A stretch of 62,731 nt of DNA, filler included, from an uncultured bacterium (GTDB lineage: Bacteria; DYJV01): assembly GCA_964543655.1 (NCBI GenBank). It is 4 parts of 4 records of this genome, joined end to end, with 100 filler letters (N's around TTAATTAATTAA, not from the genome) between each part and the next. Parts side by side here need not be neighbours in the genome. Positions count along the whole stretch, not along the records: positions 1 to 26,261 come from CAZIZE010000077.1; 3 more parts are not named here. One strand, 5' to 3'. Below, piece after piece: positions 1-9,947 of the stretch. A program made the translations under genes and the position numbers. How positions within the stretch are numbered: position 1 is the first letter of the stretch; the number at the start of each line of letters is the position of its first letter. The notes under the pieces are model-generated. The model worked only from the letters and a program-made list of their open reading frames with translations, searched no databases and had not been told where the DNA came from.

Positions 1-108
1 TATGGTTACCTCTATTTTCCAGGAGAATGCAAATCACCTAATAAGCTTAGACTTGCAATGGAAATTAATGGCAGGTTAGAGGTAAAAAATATTAATTTAT
101 CTAACTAA
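1..108 (+). CDS. 3' end of a hypothetical protein (partial, window edge)
   Basis: Open frame from position 1 (YGYLYFPGECKSPNKLRLAMEINGRLEVKNINLSN) to TAA at 106-108, convergent with the next gene. Confidence 0.55.
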   Translation, partial: YGYLYFPGECKSPNKLRLAMEINGRLEVKNINLSN

Positions 109-111
109 ATT

Positions 112-2175
112 TTAATTCTTTGGCTTTATTAATTTAAATAACCTTGCAAAAGGGAAGTTATTGTAAACTTCTTTAAAATACTTTTTATTAACTCTACCAA
201 GCAGGAATTGCTGATTAAAATTAGAATTAAAAAGCCTATTGTTAATAATAAATATTCCAAAAACTCTATTATTTTTCAACAGTAGCTCAAGATAGTAACC
301 ATTATTGTCAAAATCATTTTCCTTTACTACATAACCATTGTTAATAAATAACACTTTCCTTATTTTAAATTCTCTGTTTATTCCTATTTTACCAATGCCA
401 TTTCCTAAATTAATTATCATATTGCCGCAGTAAAGTTGATTATTCTTAATCTGAGTACATCTTAATTCCTGGTATGCATCTGGATCACTTTTTTTTCTAT
501 GAAAATCCCAGTTACCAAAAAAAGAAATAGCACCATATTTACCAATCATATCTCTTGTGTATAAAATATAAATATCTTTTTGCATTTTAAACTTTGGATG
601 ATTATAGTTAAAAAGCTTTGATAACATATACTCAGGTGATCTGTTATCATGAATCATTTTAGAAACATTTTTAAATCCATTATCATCAATATATCCAAGC
701 ATATTGTAAAGCTTTTGTTGATTGCTAATGGTCATACCTTTTGCAACAAGATAAGTTCTTATTCCACCATGAATACCTCCATCATGGTACGTATAAAAAT
801 CTCCTAACTCCATTAAAGCATATCCAAAATCCCACCATGTATATACAACTTTGTTTTTGCCAAATTTTTTATTCATATCAATAAAAGACTTTACAATAGG
901 TGCTGGTATAGATGGTCTTGGGACATAAGAATAGGCAGTGTACTTATTTAGCAAAAAAAATAATATAAAACAAATTGCCACCTCTGCTATATACTTTGAA
1001 AAATGTTCTTTTTTCTTTAAAAAATAATAAAAATAATGTACAATTAATGTTATTGCATAACCTATACCTATTCCAACAAATGGTGCTAAAAACATAGAAA
1101 ATCTATTTGAAGTAAAAAATGCAAGGCACCCTATTCCAAAAACAGGTAGCAACATTAAACTTCTTTTATAATTTTTTATAAAATAAACTACTGATAAAAT
1201 AAGTCCTGAAACTGCAAGAAATTTATTAGTAAACATCATATTTAAAATTCTATCAGCTGGCATACGTTGAGTTTCTGTAATTGTAGAAATTATATTGGGC
1301 AACACTATCTTAATTCCATGCTCAACATCTTTTGTCCCAAAATTTAAGAAATATTTAGAGCTTAAAAATCCGAAAAAATATTTTATGCCAAAAAATAGAT
1401 TAAGTGGATTGGAAAAAATAATAAAAAGAATTATTGTTATATTGATATCTTTACTGAACTTTCTTTCATTATTCAGCCAGGCTGAAATTATAAATAAAAT
1501 CAAATAAGCAATGTACCCAACTTTAATAGCATCATGATATTTGGACAAAATCAGGAATAAAAGTCCAGAAATTGCTGCAAAAAAATATTTCAAAAATTTT
1601 TCCCTTGAAATAATTGATAAGAGCATAACCAAGGCAATTGTAATAGGTGCAAACAAAACTATTCCATCTGTATCCACTCTACCTGTACAGGATCTTATAT
1701 AGTATGCCCAACTAAATGTGCCTATTAAACCACCTAAAATACCTGCAAAGCCTCCTCCACTGAAATAAATATACAAAATTAATGGAATTATAAATAACCC
1801 TGATACAATGTCTATAAATTTAATACTTCCAACATACATTGGATTATATCCATCAGAATTAAAAAATTTATAAAATTTAGATAATAAAAGACTTAATGAA
1901 GGTACATGTTTAGGAAATTTACGCAAATCTGGATAACCATTCAAATCAAATTTAGGCTTTTTTTTAAGATTAGCATTAACCTCCGCATATCTCAACCAGT
2001 AATATGCATCAAGAGTGGTTACTGCTGGATACTTATCAACAAAGTATATACTTTTATTTTTTTTCCAGATATTATATTGATTAAAACGCTGGTGAACAGA
2101 GATAAAAAATACTGCAACTATTGAAAATATCAGTAAAATTATGGATAACCTTTTTTCCATGTAATTCTCCTGCAT
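112..2175 (-). CDS. pglB: STT3/PglB-type oligosaccharyltransferase (N-linked protein glycosylation)
   Basis: Many TM helices, TTLDAYYW, DxD (RVDTD), TIxE (TITE), and WWDFG...HDGG sequon-binding motif. Confidence 0.88.
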   Translation of the reverse strand: MQENYMEKRLSIILLIFSIVAVFFISVHQRFNQYNIWKKNKSIYFVDKYPAVTTLDAYYWLRYAEVNANLKKKPKFDLNGYPDLRKFPKHVPSLSLLLSKFYKFFNSDGYNPMYVGSIKFIDIVSGLFIIPLILYIYFSGGGFAGILGGLIGTFSWAYYIRSCTGRVDTDGIVLFAPITIALVMLLSIISREKFLKYFFAAISGLLFLILSKYHDAIKVGYIAYLILFIISAWLNNERKFSKDINITIILFIIFSNPLNLFFGIKYFFGFLSSKYFLNFGTKDVEHGIKIVLPNIISTITETQRMPADRILNMMFTNKFLAVSGLILSVVYFIKNYKRSLMLLPVFGIGCLAFFTSNRFSMFLAPFVGIGIGYAITLIVHYFYYFLKKKEHFSKYIAEVAICFILFFLLNKYTAYSYVPRPSIPAPIVKSFIDMNKKFGKNKVVYTWWDFGYALMELGDFYTYHDGGIHGGIRTYLVAKGMTISNQQKLYNMLGYIDDNGFKNVSKMIHDNRSPEYMLSKLFNYNHPKFKMQKDIYILYTRDMIGKYGAISFFGNWDFHRKKSDPDAYQELRCTQIKNNQLYCGNMIINLGNGIGKIGINREFKIRKVLFINNGYVVKENDFDNNGYYLELLLKNNRVFGIFIINNRLFNSNFNQQFLLGRVNKKYFKEVYNNFPFARLFKLIKPKN

Positions 2176-2291
2176 AAAATTTTCATATATCTATCATTAA
2201 AGTATTAAATTATCAAGAACAAAAAGCTTAATTGCACATCTCTACATTTTTTATTAAAAAAATTTCATTGACAAAGAATATAAATTTTAAT

Positions 2292-2480
2292 ATATGGTCG
2301 TTGGCTTTAAGGGAAGTCCGGTGAAAGTCCGGCGCTGTACCCGCAGCTGTAACCGGGAACGAAAGCCAGTTTAACCACTGCCGAAGCACAGGAAGTGCTT
2401 TATGAAAAATAATAAAGCACTGAAGTGCCTGGTGGGAAGGTTGGTGAGTAGGTCGCCCGGAAGCCAGAAGACCTGGAGCC
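2292..2480 (+). ncRNA. Cobalamin (B12) riboswitch
   Basis: GC-rich island with AAGGGAA-GTCCGGTGAAAGTCCGGC-GCTGTACCCGCAGCTGTAA, CCACTG, GGGAAGG and AGCCAGAAGACCTG (B12 box); upstream of cbiK; TTGACA at 2268-2273. Confidence 0.95.
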
Positions 2481-2746
2481 CGTCATGTCCTGCGCCAGCA
2501 GGATTGACGAAAAGTATCCCCGGGTATTGGGATCGGGCAGTTCATTAGCCATTTGAACCCTGATCTCAAAAAAGCTTATTTTATAAAAATTTTATTTGAA
2601 AGGAGGTGATGTTGGACAGATTCATAACTTTTTATAGTTCAAAGTTAAAAAACTCTGATAACAATGAGTTAAAACATTGTAAATAGCACTTTTAGTAGAG
2701 AGTTATATTATTTTTATTCAGTTAAAAAAATTTAAAGGAGGACACT

Positions 2747-3733
2747 ATGAAAAGAATAGTGAAAATTTTAATTGCTTTTAGTTTAATTTTATGTTTTGCA
2801 ACCTCAAATATTTTTGCAATGGGGAGTGGAATGAAAAAAAATAAAACTGCTATAGTTATAGCAAGTTTTGGCACAACTTATCCATCAGGTTTAAAATCAA
2901 TTATTAACATTATTAATCATGTAAAAAAAGCATTTCCAAAAACCACAGTTAAAGTAACTTTTACATCTAATATTATTAGACATATCTGGGAAAAGAGACA
3001 GGCAGAAGCTGATAAATGGCTTAAAATGGGTGTACCAAAAGAGATTATTTATGTAAAAGGTATTGTTGCAACTCTTGGTGACCTTTCTGATCAGGGATAC
3101 AAAACAATTATTATTCAACCAACTCATATTTACCATGGTGAAGAATTTTCAGATGTTTTGGAATATGCAAGAGGTTTAAATTCCATTCAAACAATTAAGA
3201 AAAAGTGGAAACCATTTTATAAAATTGTTGTTGGAAGACCAGCACTTGGAACTTATGGTCCCAAATATGATTATCATGAAGATATAGAAAAGGCTGTAGA
3301 GGTTTTAAAACCAGATGTTGAGTTTGCAAAGAAAAAAGGCGCTGTTCTTGTATATATGGGACATGGAAATGAATTTTATTCAACAGGCATTTATGCTGAA
3401 ACTCAAAAAGAATTCAATAAGATGTATCCAGATGTACAGACATATATTGGTACTGTTGAAGGTTATCCTTCCTTACAAGATGTTGTTAATTCTCTGAAAA
3501 AGCACGCCAAATCAAAGAAAATAGTTTTAAAGCCATTTATGATTGTTGCAGGTGACCATGCTAATAATGATATGGCTGGTAATGAGCCTGATTCTTGGAA
3601 AAATGTTTTAGAAAAAGCAGGGTTTAAAGTTTATCCTGTTCTTGAAGGGCTTGGTTCTAATAATGAATTTGCTGATATATTTGTTCAACACATTAAAGAT
3701 GTTGCAAAAGATAATGGTATAAAATTAAAATAA
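2747..3733 (+). CDS. cbiK: Anaerobic cobaltochelatase CbiK with N-terminal signal peptide (exported, CbiKP-like)
   Basis: SFGTTY, YMGHG, FMIVAGDHANNDMAG and LEGLG motifs; Sec signal MKRIVKILIAFSLILCFATSNIFA; GGAGG RBS. Confidence 0.92.
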   Translation: MKRIVKILIAFSLILCFATSNIFAMGSGMKKNKTAIVIASFGTTYPSGLKSIINIINHVKKAFPKTTVKVTFTSNIIRHIWEKRQAEADKWLKMGVPKEIIYVKGIVATLGDLSDQGYKTIIIQPTHIYHGEEFSDVLEYARGLNSIQTIKKKWKPFYKIVVGRPALGTYGPKYDYHEDIEKAVEVLKPDVEFAKKKGAVLVYMGHGNEFYSTGIYAETQKEFNKMYPDVQTYIGTVEGYPSLQDVVNSLKKHAKSKKIVLKPFMIVAGDHANNDMAGNEPDSWKNVLEKAGFKVYPVLEGLGSNNEFADIFVQHIKDVAKDNGIKLK

Positions 3734-3749
3734 TTTGGAGGTTAAAATT

Positions 3750-5060
3750 ATGAAAAAAATTGTTTTACTGATTTTGGCTTTTTTTATTTTTGCAGGTGTG
3801 CCGAGTATTTCAAAAGCAGCATCAACAGAGGAGTTAATGCAACAAATTAAGATGCTTCAACAAAAATTAATGGAACTTGAAAAAAAGGTAGAGCATCAGC
3901 AAGCTTCAATAGAGGAAACCAAAAAAAATCAGGAAGAAATCAAGGAAGCTTCTGAAATGTTAAAAACATTAAAGGATCATATCTCAATTGGAGGAGTTGT
4001 AGAGGTTGAGGCGAATTATACAGGGATTGATAATAAAAAAATTTCAGGAGATGCAAGTAGTGATATAACACTTGCAACAGCCGAACTTGATATCGAAGCT
4101 AAACTTCACAAATATGCAAGTGCAAATATGGTATTTTTGTGGGAAGAAGATGACACTGAGCCTGTGGACATAGATGAAGGATATATTACACTTGGTAATA
4201 CTGATTATTTCCCTTTATATTTAAAAGCAGGTAGGATGTATGTACCATTTGGAAATTTTGAAACAAACTTTGTTAGTGATCCTCTTACTCTTGAGCTTGG
4301 TGAAATTCAAGAATCTGCATATCTCTTTGGTGCTTTTTATAAAGGAATAGATTTTTCTGTTTACTTTTTTAACCCAGATATTAATGAAAATAGCGATAAT
4401 AATGAAGATATTATTAAATCCTGGGGTGCAACTTTAAGTATAGAATTTGGACCTGCTTCACCTGGGGAACCTGGAAGTGAAGCAAGGGAAAGTTACAATA
4501 ACCATATTTTAAATATTTTACCAGAAGAAACAAGTCTAACTATTCAATTATCATATTTAAATAATTTAGCTGATACAGATGATTTCAAAGATGCTTTTAG
4601 TGATAATGGCTGGGGAAGTAGTGTAAAAGATTATGTTGGTGCTTTTCATGCATTTTTAATGGCAGAAGCATATAATTTTAATTTTATTGCAGAGTATGTT
4701 GGAGCAACAGATAATTTTGATAAAACTGATTTTGGTGGAATTGGTAAAAAATTTCAACCAAAAACATGGAATTTTGAATTAGGTTATACTTTCCCATATT
4801 GGAATGAAAAAGAAATGACTCTTGCTATTAAGTATGAAGGCTCAGATGATGCTGCTTTTATTGATCCAGAATTATTTATGGAGAAACAGTATGGTATTGC
4901 TGTTTCTACAAATTTATTTTCCAATGAAAAGTGGGGTACAAATGTTAACTTGAACATTGAATATCTACATGGTGAAGCTGATGATGATATTGTTAAATTT
5001 CTTGGAGAAAGTATAGATTCAAAAGATTCTGTTACTGTTCAATTACAAGCAGAATTTTAA
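3750..5060 (+). CDS. LbtU-family outer-membrane porin-like protein
   Basis: Signal peptide, N-terminal coiled coil, DITLATAEL...DIDEGYITLG...LYLKAGRMYVPFG...SDPLTLELGE pattern, C-terminal Phe; ATG at 3750 after GGAGG. Confidence 0.75.
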   Translation: MKKIVLLILAFFIFAGVPSISKAASTEELMQQIKMLQQKLMELEKKVEHQQASIEETKKNQEEIKEASEMLKTLKDHISIGGVVEVEANYTGIDNKKISGDASSDITLATAELDIEAKLHKYASANMVFLWEEDDTEPVDIDEGYITLGNTDYFPLYLKAGRMYVPFGNFETNFVSDPLTLELGEIQESAYLFGAFYKGIDFSVYFFNPDINENSDNNEDIIKSWGATLSIEFGPASPGEPGSEARESYNNHILNILPEETSLTIQLSYLNNLADTDDFKDAFSDNGWGSSVKDYVGAFHAFLMAEAYNFNFIAEYVGATDNFDKTDFGGIGKKFQPKTWNFELGYTFPYWNEKEMTLAIKYEGSDDAAFIDPELFMEKQYGIAVSTNLFSNEKWGTNVNLNIEYLHGEADDDIVKFLGESIDSKDSVTVQLQAEF

Positions 5061-5066
5061 ATTTTT

Positions 5067-5092
5067 CAGGCTGCTTCGGCAGCCTGTAATTT
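5067..5092 (+). terminator. Stem-loop (terminator or stabiliser) between porin and cbiL
   Basis: CAGGCTGC-TTCG-GCAGCCTG 8-bp stem with UUCG loop and weak T tail. Confidence 0.6.
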
Positions 5093-5113
5093 AATAGGTT
5101 ACGGAGAAAGGTT

Positions 5114-5824
5114 ATGAAGCAAGGAAAATTTTTTGGAGTAGGAATAGGGCCTGGTTGTCCTGATCTTGTAACAGTTCGAGGAGCAAATTTAATAAAAGAA
5201 GCAGATGTTGTTTATGTTCCAACAAAAGATAAAGTAGAAAACAGTATTGCCTACAAAACTATTGAGCCATATTTAAAGGATGCTATTGTAAAGCCAGCAA
5301 TATTTTCTATGTCATATAAAAAAGAAATTCTTAATAAATATAGACTGGAAATAATTACAAATATAAAAACTGATCTTGAAAAATTTCAAAAAGTAGTGTT
5401 TGTTACTCTTGGTGACCCAATGCTATATAGTACCTATGTTTACATTCTTAATGGTCTGAAACAGTGTGTTGATAAATTAAATTATGAAACAATTCCTGGT
5501 ATAACTTCATTTTCAGCAATGGCTTCTAAAACAAGCACACCACTTGTAGAAGAAAATGAAATCTTAACTATTTATCCTCTTACACATTATAATGAGGATA
5601 CTTTTGATAAAATTTATAATGTATCAGATGCAATAGTTTTAATGAAAATACCTAAAAAATCTTCTCAAATTATGAAACATCTTACTGAAAAAAAATTTAG
5701 TGAAATTGTTCATATGAAAAATATATGCCTCAATGGAGAAATTGCTGAATATGATCTATCTTGTGAAGAATTAAACAAAGACAGTGTAAAAAAATACCTT
5801 TCTATTATCCTTCTTAAAAAATAG
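5114..5824 (+). CDS. cbiL: Precorrin-2/cobalt-factor II C20-methyltransferase
   Basis: GVGIGPG.PDLVT, VTLGDPMLYSTY and IPGITSF motifs; follows cbiK. Confidence 0.85.
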   Translation: MKQGKFFGVGIGPGCPDLVTVRGANLIKEADVVYVPTKDKVENSIAYKTIEPYLKDAIVKPAIFSMSYKKEILNKYRLEIITNIKTDLEKFQKVVFVTLGDPMLYSTYVYILNGLKQCVDKLNYETIPGITSFSAMASKTSTPLVEENEILTIYPLTHYNEDTFDKIYNVSDAIVLMKIPKKSSQIMKHLTEKKFSEIVHMKNICLNGEIAEYDLSCEELNKDSVKKYLSIILLKK

Positions 5825-5906
5825 CCTGAAAATATCTTGATAATTTATTTTAATTGTATTATATACCTCTGTTCTATTTCCAATATAAATTAATAATTAA
5901 GGAGAG

Positions 5907-8900
5907 GTGTTATTTATGAAAAGTTTGAAAATTAAAACAAAAATTATCTGTTTGGTTATTTTTTCCGTTATTGTTTCAATGCTTGCAATCTATTTATATT
6001 CACACAACACACTTGTTTCAATTTTAAAAGAAGATATAAAAAATTATAAAGAACAGGCAATGAATGAGCAGAAAGAAAAGATAAAAGACCTTGTGGATGT
6101 TGCGTACCAGTCTGTTCAAAATTTTTATAAAGACTCAAAAAATGAGAAAGAAATTGAAAATCAGGTTAAATCTCAAATTGTAACAGCTGTTGATGTTACT
6201 TATAATGCAATTTTATCTTTATATAAAAAATCTCTTGAGATTGTACCTGATAAAGATGTTGCTAAATTAAGGACATTGACTCAGGTTAGGAATTTATTAA
6301 GTAACTTAAGATATGGGAAAAATAAATCAGGTTATTTCTGGATAAATGATTTAAATGGGGTAATGGTAATTCACCCTGTTAATCCTAAATTAGAAGGGAA
6401 AAACTTATATAACTTAAAAGATAAAAAAGGTAATCCATTTTTTAAAGAGATGATTGAAGTTTGTAAAAAACATGGAAAAGGATTTGTAAAATATTGGTGG
6501 ACAAGGCCTGGGAGTAATAAGCCAGAGCCTAAATTGAGCTATGTTAGATTAATGAAAGAAACTGGTTGGATAATAGGTACAGGTGCATATCTTGACAATA
6601 CTGTTCAGGCTTTTAAAAAGAAAGCAATCGAAACAATCAAAAATATGAGATATGGCAAATCAGGTTATTTCTGGATAAATGATTTAAATGGGGTAATTAT
6701 AGTTCATCCAATAAAACCTCAGTTAAATGGCAAAAATTTATACAATTTAAAGGATAAAAAAGGTAATCAAATATTTAAAATGATGATTGATGTTTGCAAA
6801 AAGAAAGGTAAAGGATTTGTAAAATATTGGTGGACTAAGCCTGGTAGCTCTGTTCCAGAGCCAAAGTTAAGCTATGTAAAACTTTTTAAACCATGGGGAT
6901 GGATAATAGGTTCAGGAATCTATATTGATAATATAAAAAAAGAGATTAAAACAAAAGAAGCACTGTATCATAAAAAGCTTAAAGCACTTACAGCCAAAAG
7001 TTTGATAATACTTGTTATTTTAATAATAATATTTGCAGCAATAGGAATATTTCTAACCAATATTTTTATTAAACCACTTGAAATGATAAAAGACTTTGTT
7101 ACTGATTTAAGTCAAGGTGAAGGTGATTTAAATAAAAAAATCAATTATGAACATAATGATGAAATAGGAATTTTAGCACGAGCATTTCACAAATTTATAG
7201 ACAAATTGCAGGAGATGATTTTAAATATTGGGCTTTACTCTGGAAAAGCTGATGTTGCAACAGATAAAATTATGCTCTCATCTGTTTATCTTTCTAAAAT
7301 TAGTGATACACAAAAAGCATCTATTGAGGAGACATCGTCTGGTATTTTAGAGATGAGCCGTTCTATTAAAGAAGTTCAGGAAAATGTTGATAACACATAT
7401 CAGTTTGTTGACTCACTTGAGAATGCAATTCAAGAAATTAAGAAGGAAACAGAAGAGTTGATTAATAACTCTGGAGAGCTTATTAATAATGTTCAGGAAG
7501 GTAAAGATTTAATGGTTACAATGGGTAATGCAATGGAAGATGTTCAAAATGGCTCAGAAATGATACTTGATTATAACAGATCTGTAAATGAAGCAGGAGA
7601 GCTTGTAAAAGGTAAAATAGCAGAAACAACTACAGCTATTGATAAAATTAGACAACTTATAGATGAAGTTTCTACAGCAATTAATGAACAGACAGCATCC
7701 ATTGAAGAAGTTGCAAATAACAGTAATGACACTTTAAATGTTACACAGGAAGCTCAGGAAAAAGCTAATAATGGTAAAGCTGCTCTTGATAAAGTATTGG
7801 CATCAATGAAATCAATTAAAACAATTGTTGGTGAACTTGGAAGTATGATTTCCAAATTAGAGGAATCAGCAGGAAATATTAGTGAAATTACAAATATGAT
7901 TAATGAAATATCTGATCAGACAAATTTACTTGCTTTAAATGCAGCAATTGAAGCAGCAAGGGCAGGAGAAGCAGGAAAAGGATTTGCAGTGGTTGCTGAT
8001 GAAGTTAGAAAGCTTGCAGAGAGAAGCTCCAAAGCTTCAAGCGATATTGCAGAGCTTATTACAGGAATTCAAAAAGAAGTTCAAGATGCCACAACTAAAA
8101 TGCAACAAGGATTAACCAAGGTTGATGAAGGTGTAGAACTTACCAATGAAGCGAATACAACAATGGATGAAATTGTTCAAGCAACTGATAATGCTTTAAG
8201 ATTTGTTGCTCAGATAAATAATGCAACTGAAGAGCAGGCAAATGTTAGTAGAGGTATTATATCTTCTGTTCAAGCTGTAATTGAGGAAACAGAAAATGTT
8301 GAAAATGTTCAAAATGCTTTAATTGAGGCAGGTGAAAATATTATTGATAAGAGCCAGGAACTTGGTAGTGCAATAGAAAAAATTCAAAATCTTATTATTG
8401 AGCAGAATAATTTAAAACAGCAAATGGACAGTAAAATGATAACTATGAGTGACTCAGCTTCAAATACACAGAATATATTAAGCTCATACCACACAAAAAT
8501 TGGTGAGATAATAGATGCTATTCCAAAAGTTCTTGATGGAATGAGATCTGTTAAAATAGCTCTTGATGAGCAAACAGTGGTCGCTGATAAAATAGCAGGC
8601 TTAGCTGAAAAATCTGTTGACCTGACCAATCAGGTGAATGAAAATGTAGAGAATGTTTACAAACTTGTAGTAGTAACCAATGATGAACTTGCAACATTAA
8701 ACAATGAATTTGGTAAATTCAAATTTAAAGAAATTTCATTTTTAACTTTTGCTGCTACACAACATAGTAAAAATGTTATTAGCATCTTTGTAGATGTTGC
8801 TCTTGGTAAAGATGTTTCTGCTAATAAAAAAGATCATAGAGAATGTTTTTGCGGTCAATGGTTGTATGGCAAAGGAGCAGAAATTCTTGGAGATGATCCA

Positions 8901-9083
8901 AGGTATCAGGACCTTCTCAACTTGCACAAAAAGGTTCACGACAAATTAAATGAATTTATAGAAACAAAAGATATTAGCATGCAGGATGAAATATTACAAC
9001 TTTCTGATGAATTATCAGAGAAATTTCTACAACTTTACAAGGAATTATCAAAAGAAGATGCTATAGTAGAAGTGAAAAAATAG
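5907..9083 (+). CDS. Methyl-accepting chemotaxis protein: two Cache_2-type domains, HAMP, long signalling domain, C-terminal CZB domain
   Basis: Duplicated [10 protein letters not shown]...HP...KDKKGN...YWW..PG...[53 protein letters not shown]...HKKVH. Confidence 0.93.
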   Translation: MLFMKSLKIKTKIICLVIFSVIVSMLAIYLYSHNTLVSILKEDIKNYKEQAMNEQKEKIKDLVDVAYQSVQNFYKDSKNEKEIENQVKSQIVTAVDVTYNAILSLYKKSLEIVPDKDVAKLRTLTQVRNLLSNLRYGKNKSGYFWINDLNGVMVIHPVNPKLEGKNLYNLKDKKGNPFFKEMIEVCKKHGKGFVKYWWTRPGSNKPEPKLSYVRLMKETGWIIGTGAYLDNTVQAFKKKAIETIKNMRYGKSGYFWINDLNGVIIVHPIKPQLNGKNLYNLKDKKGNQIFKMMIDVCKKKGKGFVKYWWTKPGSSVPEPKLSYVKLFKPWGWIIGSGIYIDNIKKEIKTKEALYHKKLKALTAKSLIILVILIIIFAAIGIFLTNIFIKPLEMIKDFVTDLSQGEGDLNKKINYEHNDEIGILARAFHKFIDKLQEMILNIGLYSGKADVATDKIMLSSVYLSKISDTQKASIEETSSGILEMSRSIKEVQENVDNTYQFVDSLENAIQEIKKETEELINNSGELINNVQEGKDLMVTMGNAMEDVQNGSEMILDYNRSVNEAGELVKGKIAETTTAIDKIRQLIDEVSTAINEQTASIEEVANNSNDTLNVTQEAQEKANNGKAALDKVLASMKSIKTIVGELGSMISKLEESAGNISEITNMINEISDQTNLLALNAAIEAARAGEAGKGFAVVADEVRKLAERSSKASSDIAELITGIQKEVQDATTKMQQGLTKVDEGVELTNEANTTMDEIVQATDNALRFVAQINNATEEQANVSRGIISSVQAVIEETENVENVQNALIEAGENIIDKSQELGSAIEKIQNLIIEQNNLKQQMDSKMITMSDSASNTQNILSSYHTKIGEIIDAIPKVLDGMRSVKIALDEQTVVADKIAGLAEKSVDLTNQVNENVENVYKLVVVTNDELATLNNEFGKFKFKEISFLTFAATQHSKNVISIFVDVALGKDVSANKKDHRECFCGQWLYGKGAEILGDDPRYQDLLNLHKKVHDKLNEFIETKDISMQDEILQLSDELSEKFLQLYKELSKEDAIVEVKK

Positions 9084-9464
9084 CTTAAAAAATTACTAAA
9101 ATTTGATAATTATAACCGATATTTTAAGAAAAGTGTAGAAGAGATTTTAAAACAAAAAAATAAGTCTGAAATTTCAAATTATGAGCTTTTAGAACGGATA
9201 ATTAAGGTAGAAGAAAGAATAGTAAAAATAGAGGAACGAATACTTAAAGTAGAAGAAGAGTTAAAGCATCAAAGAGAATTAATTCATTTAGTTTTAGCGC
9301 AAATGGAAAAAAGATTTGAACACGTAGATAAAAGGTTTGAACAAATAGATAAAAGATTTGAACAGATTGCAAACAGAATTGATAGATTTATGTTTTGGAG
9401 CCTGGGATTAGTTTTAAGCTCCACAATTTTGATAATAGGATATATGCATTATTTTGTTAAATAA
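9084..9464 (+). CDS. Coiled-coil protein with KRFEQ-type repeats and C-terminal TM helix; no canonical start before ATG 9303 (absent from the ORF track)
   Basis: 126 sense codons: ...YELLERIIKVEERIVKIEERILKVEEELKHQREL...MEKRFEHVDKRFEQIDKRFEQIANRIDRFMFWSLGLVLSSTILIIGYMHYFVK*. Confidence 0.65.
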   Translation, partial: LKKLLKFDNYNRYFKKSVEEILKQKNKSEISNYELLERIIKVEERIVKIEERILKVEEELKHQRELIHLVLAQMEKRFEHVDKRFEQIDKRFEQIANRIDRFMFWSLGLVLSSTILIIGYMHYFVK

Positions 9465-9671
9465 AATCAATTAACATAACAGAGGTGAAAAAGTACTATT
9501 AACAGAATGAATAGATGTAATTCATTAAAAAATAAAGGATAATGTAGAATTCATTGAATTAAAATGATAATCTATTTACCTCTGTTTAAGCCCTTCTTTC
9601 AAATTAAATAAATCAAGCAAAAAGAGTAGAATTTCATCTTTTCTTCAGATTTAATCTGATATAATATTTTT

Positions 9672-9947
9672 ATGAATGAAAAAATTTGGTTAATAATCGG
9701 TTTAACAGGCCAGATATTTTTTTGTTTGAGATTTTTAATTCAATGGATTATATCAGAAATAAAAAAATCAAGTATAATTCCTGTTAATTTTTGGTATTTT
9801 AGCATAATTGGAAGCTTTTTCCTCTTAAATTATGCAATTTATCGAAAAGATATTGTTTTTATTAGTGGTCAATTATTTGGAATAATAATTTATTTTAGAA
9901 ATTTAATATTAATAAGCAGAAAAGAAAATGAGAATTTTAATAGTTGA
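9672..9947 (+). CDS. Lipid A biosynthesis N-terminal (LAB_N) domain membrane protein
   Basis: GLTGQIFFCLRFLIQWIISE...IPVNFWYFSIIG...YAIYRKDIVFISGQ...IYFRNL. Confidence 0.85.
   Translation: MNEKIWLIIGLTGQIFFCLRFLIQWIISEIKKSSIIPVNFWYFSIIGSFFLLNYAIYRKDIVFISGQLFGIIIYFRNLILISRKENENFNS

Noticed and set aside
6310-6930. Long direct DNA repeat as a CRISPR or mobile element
   Set aside because: Explained by duplicated Cache domains in the MCP
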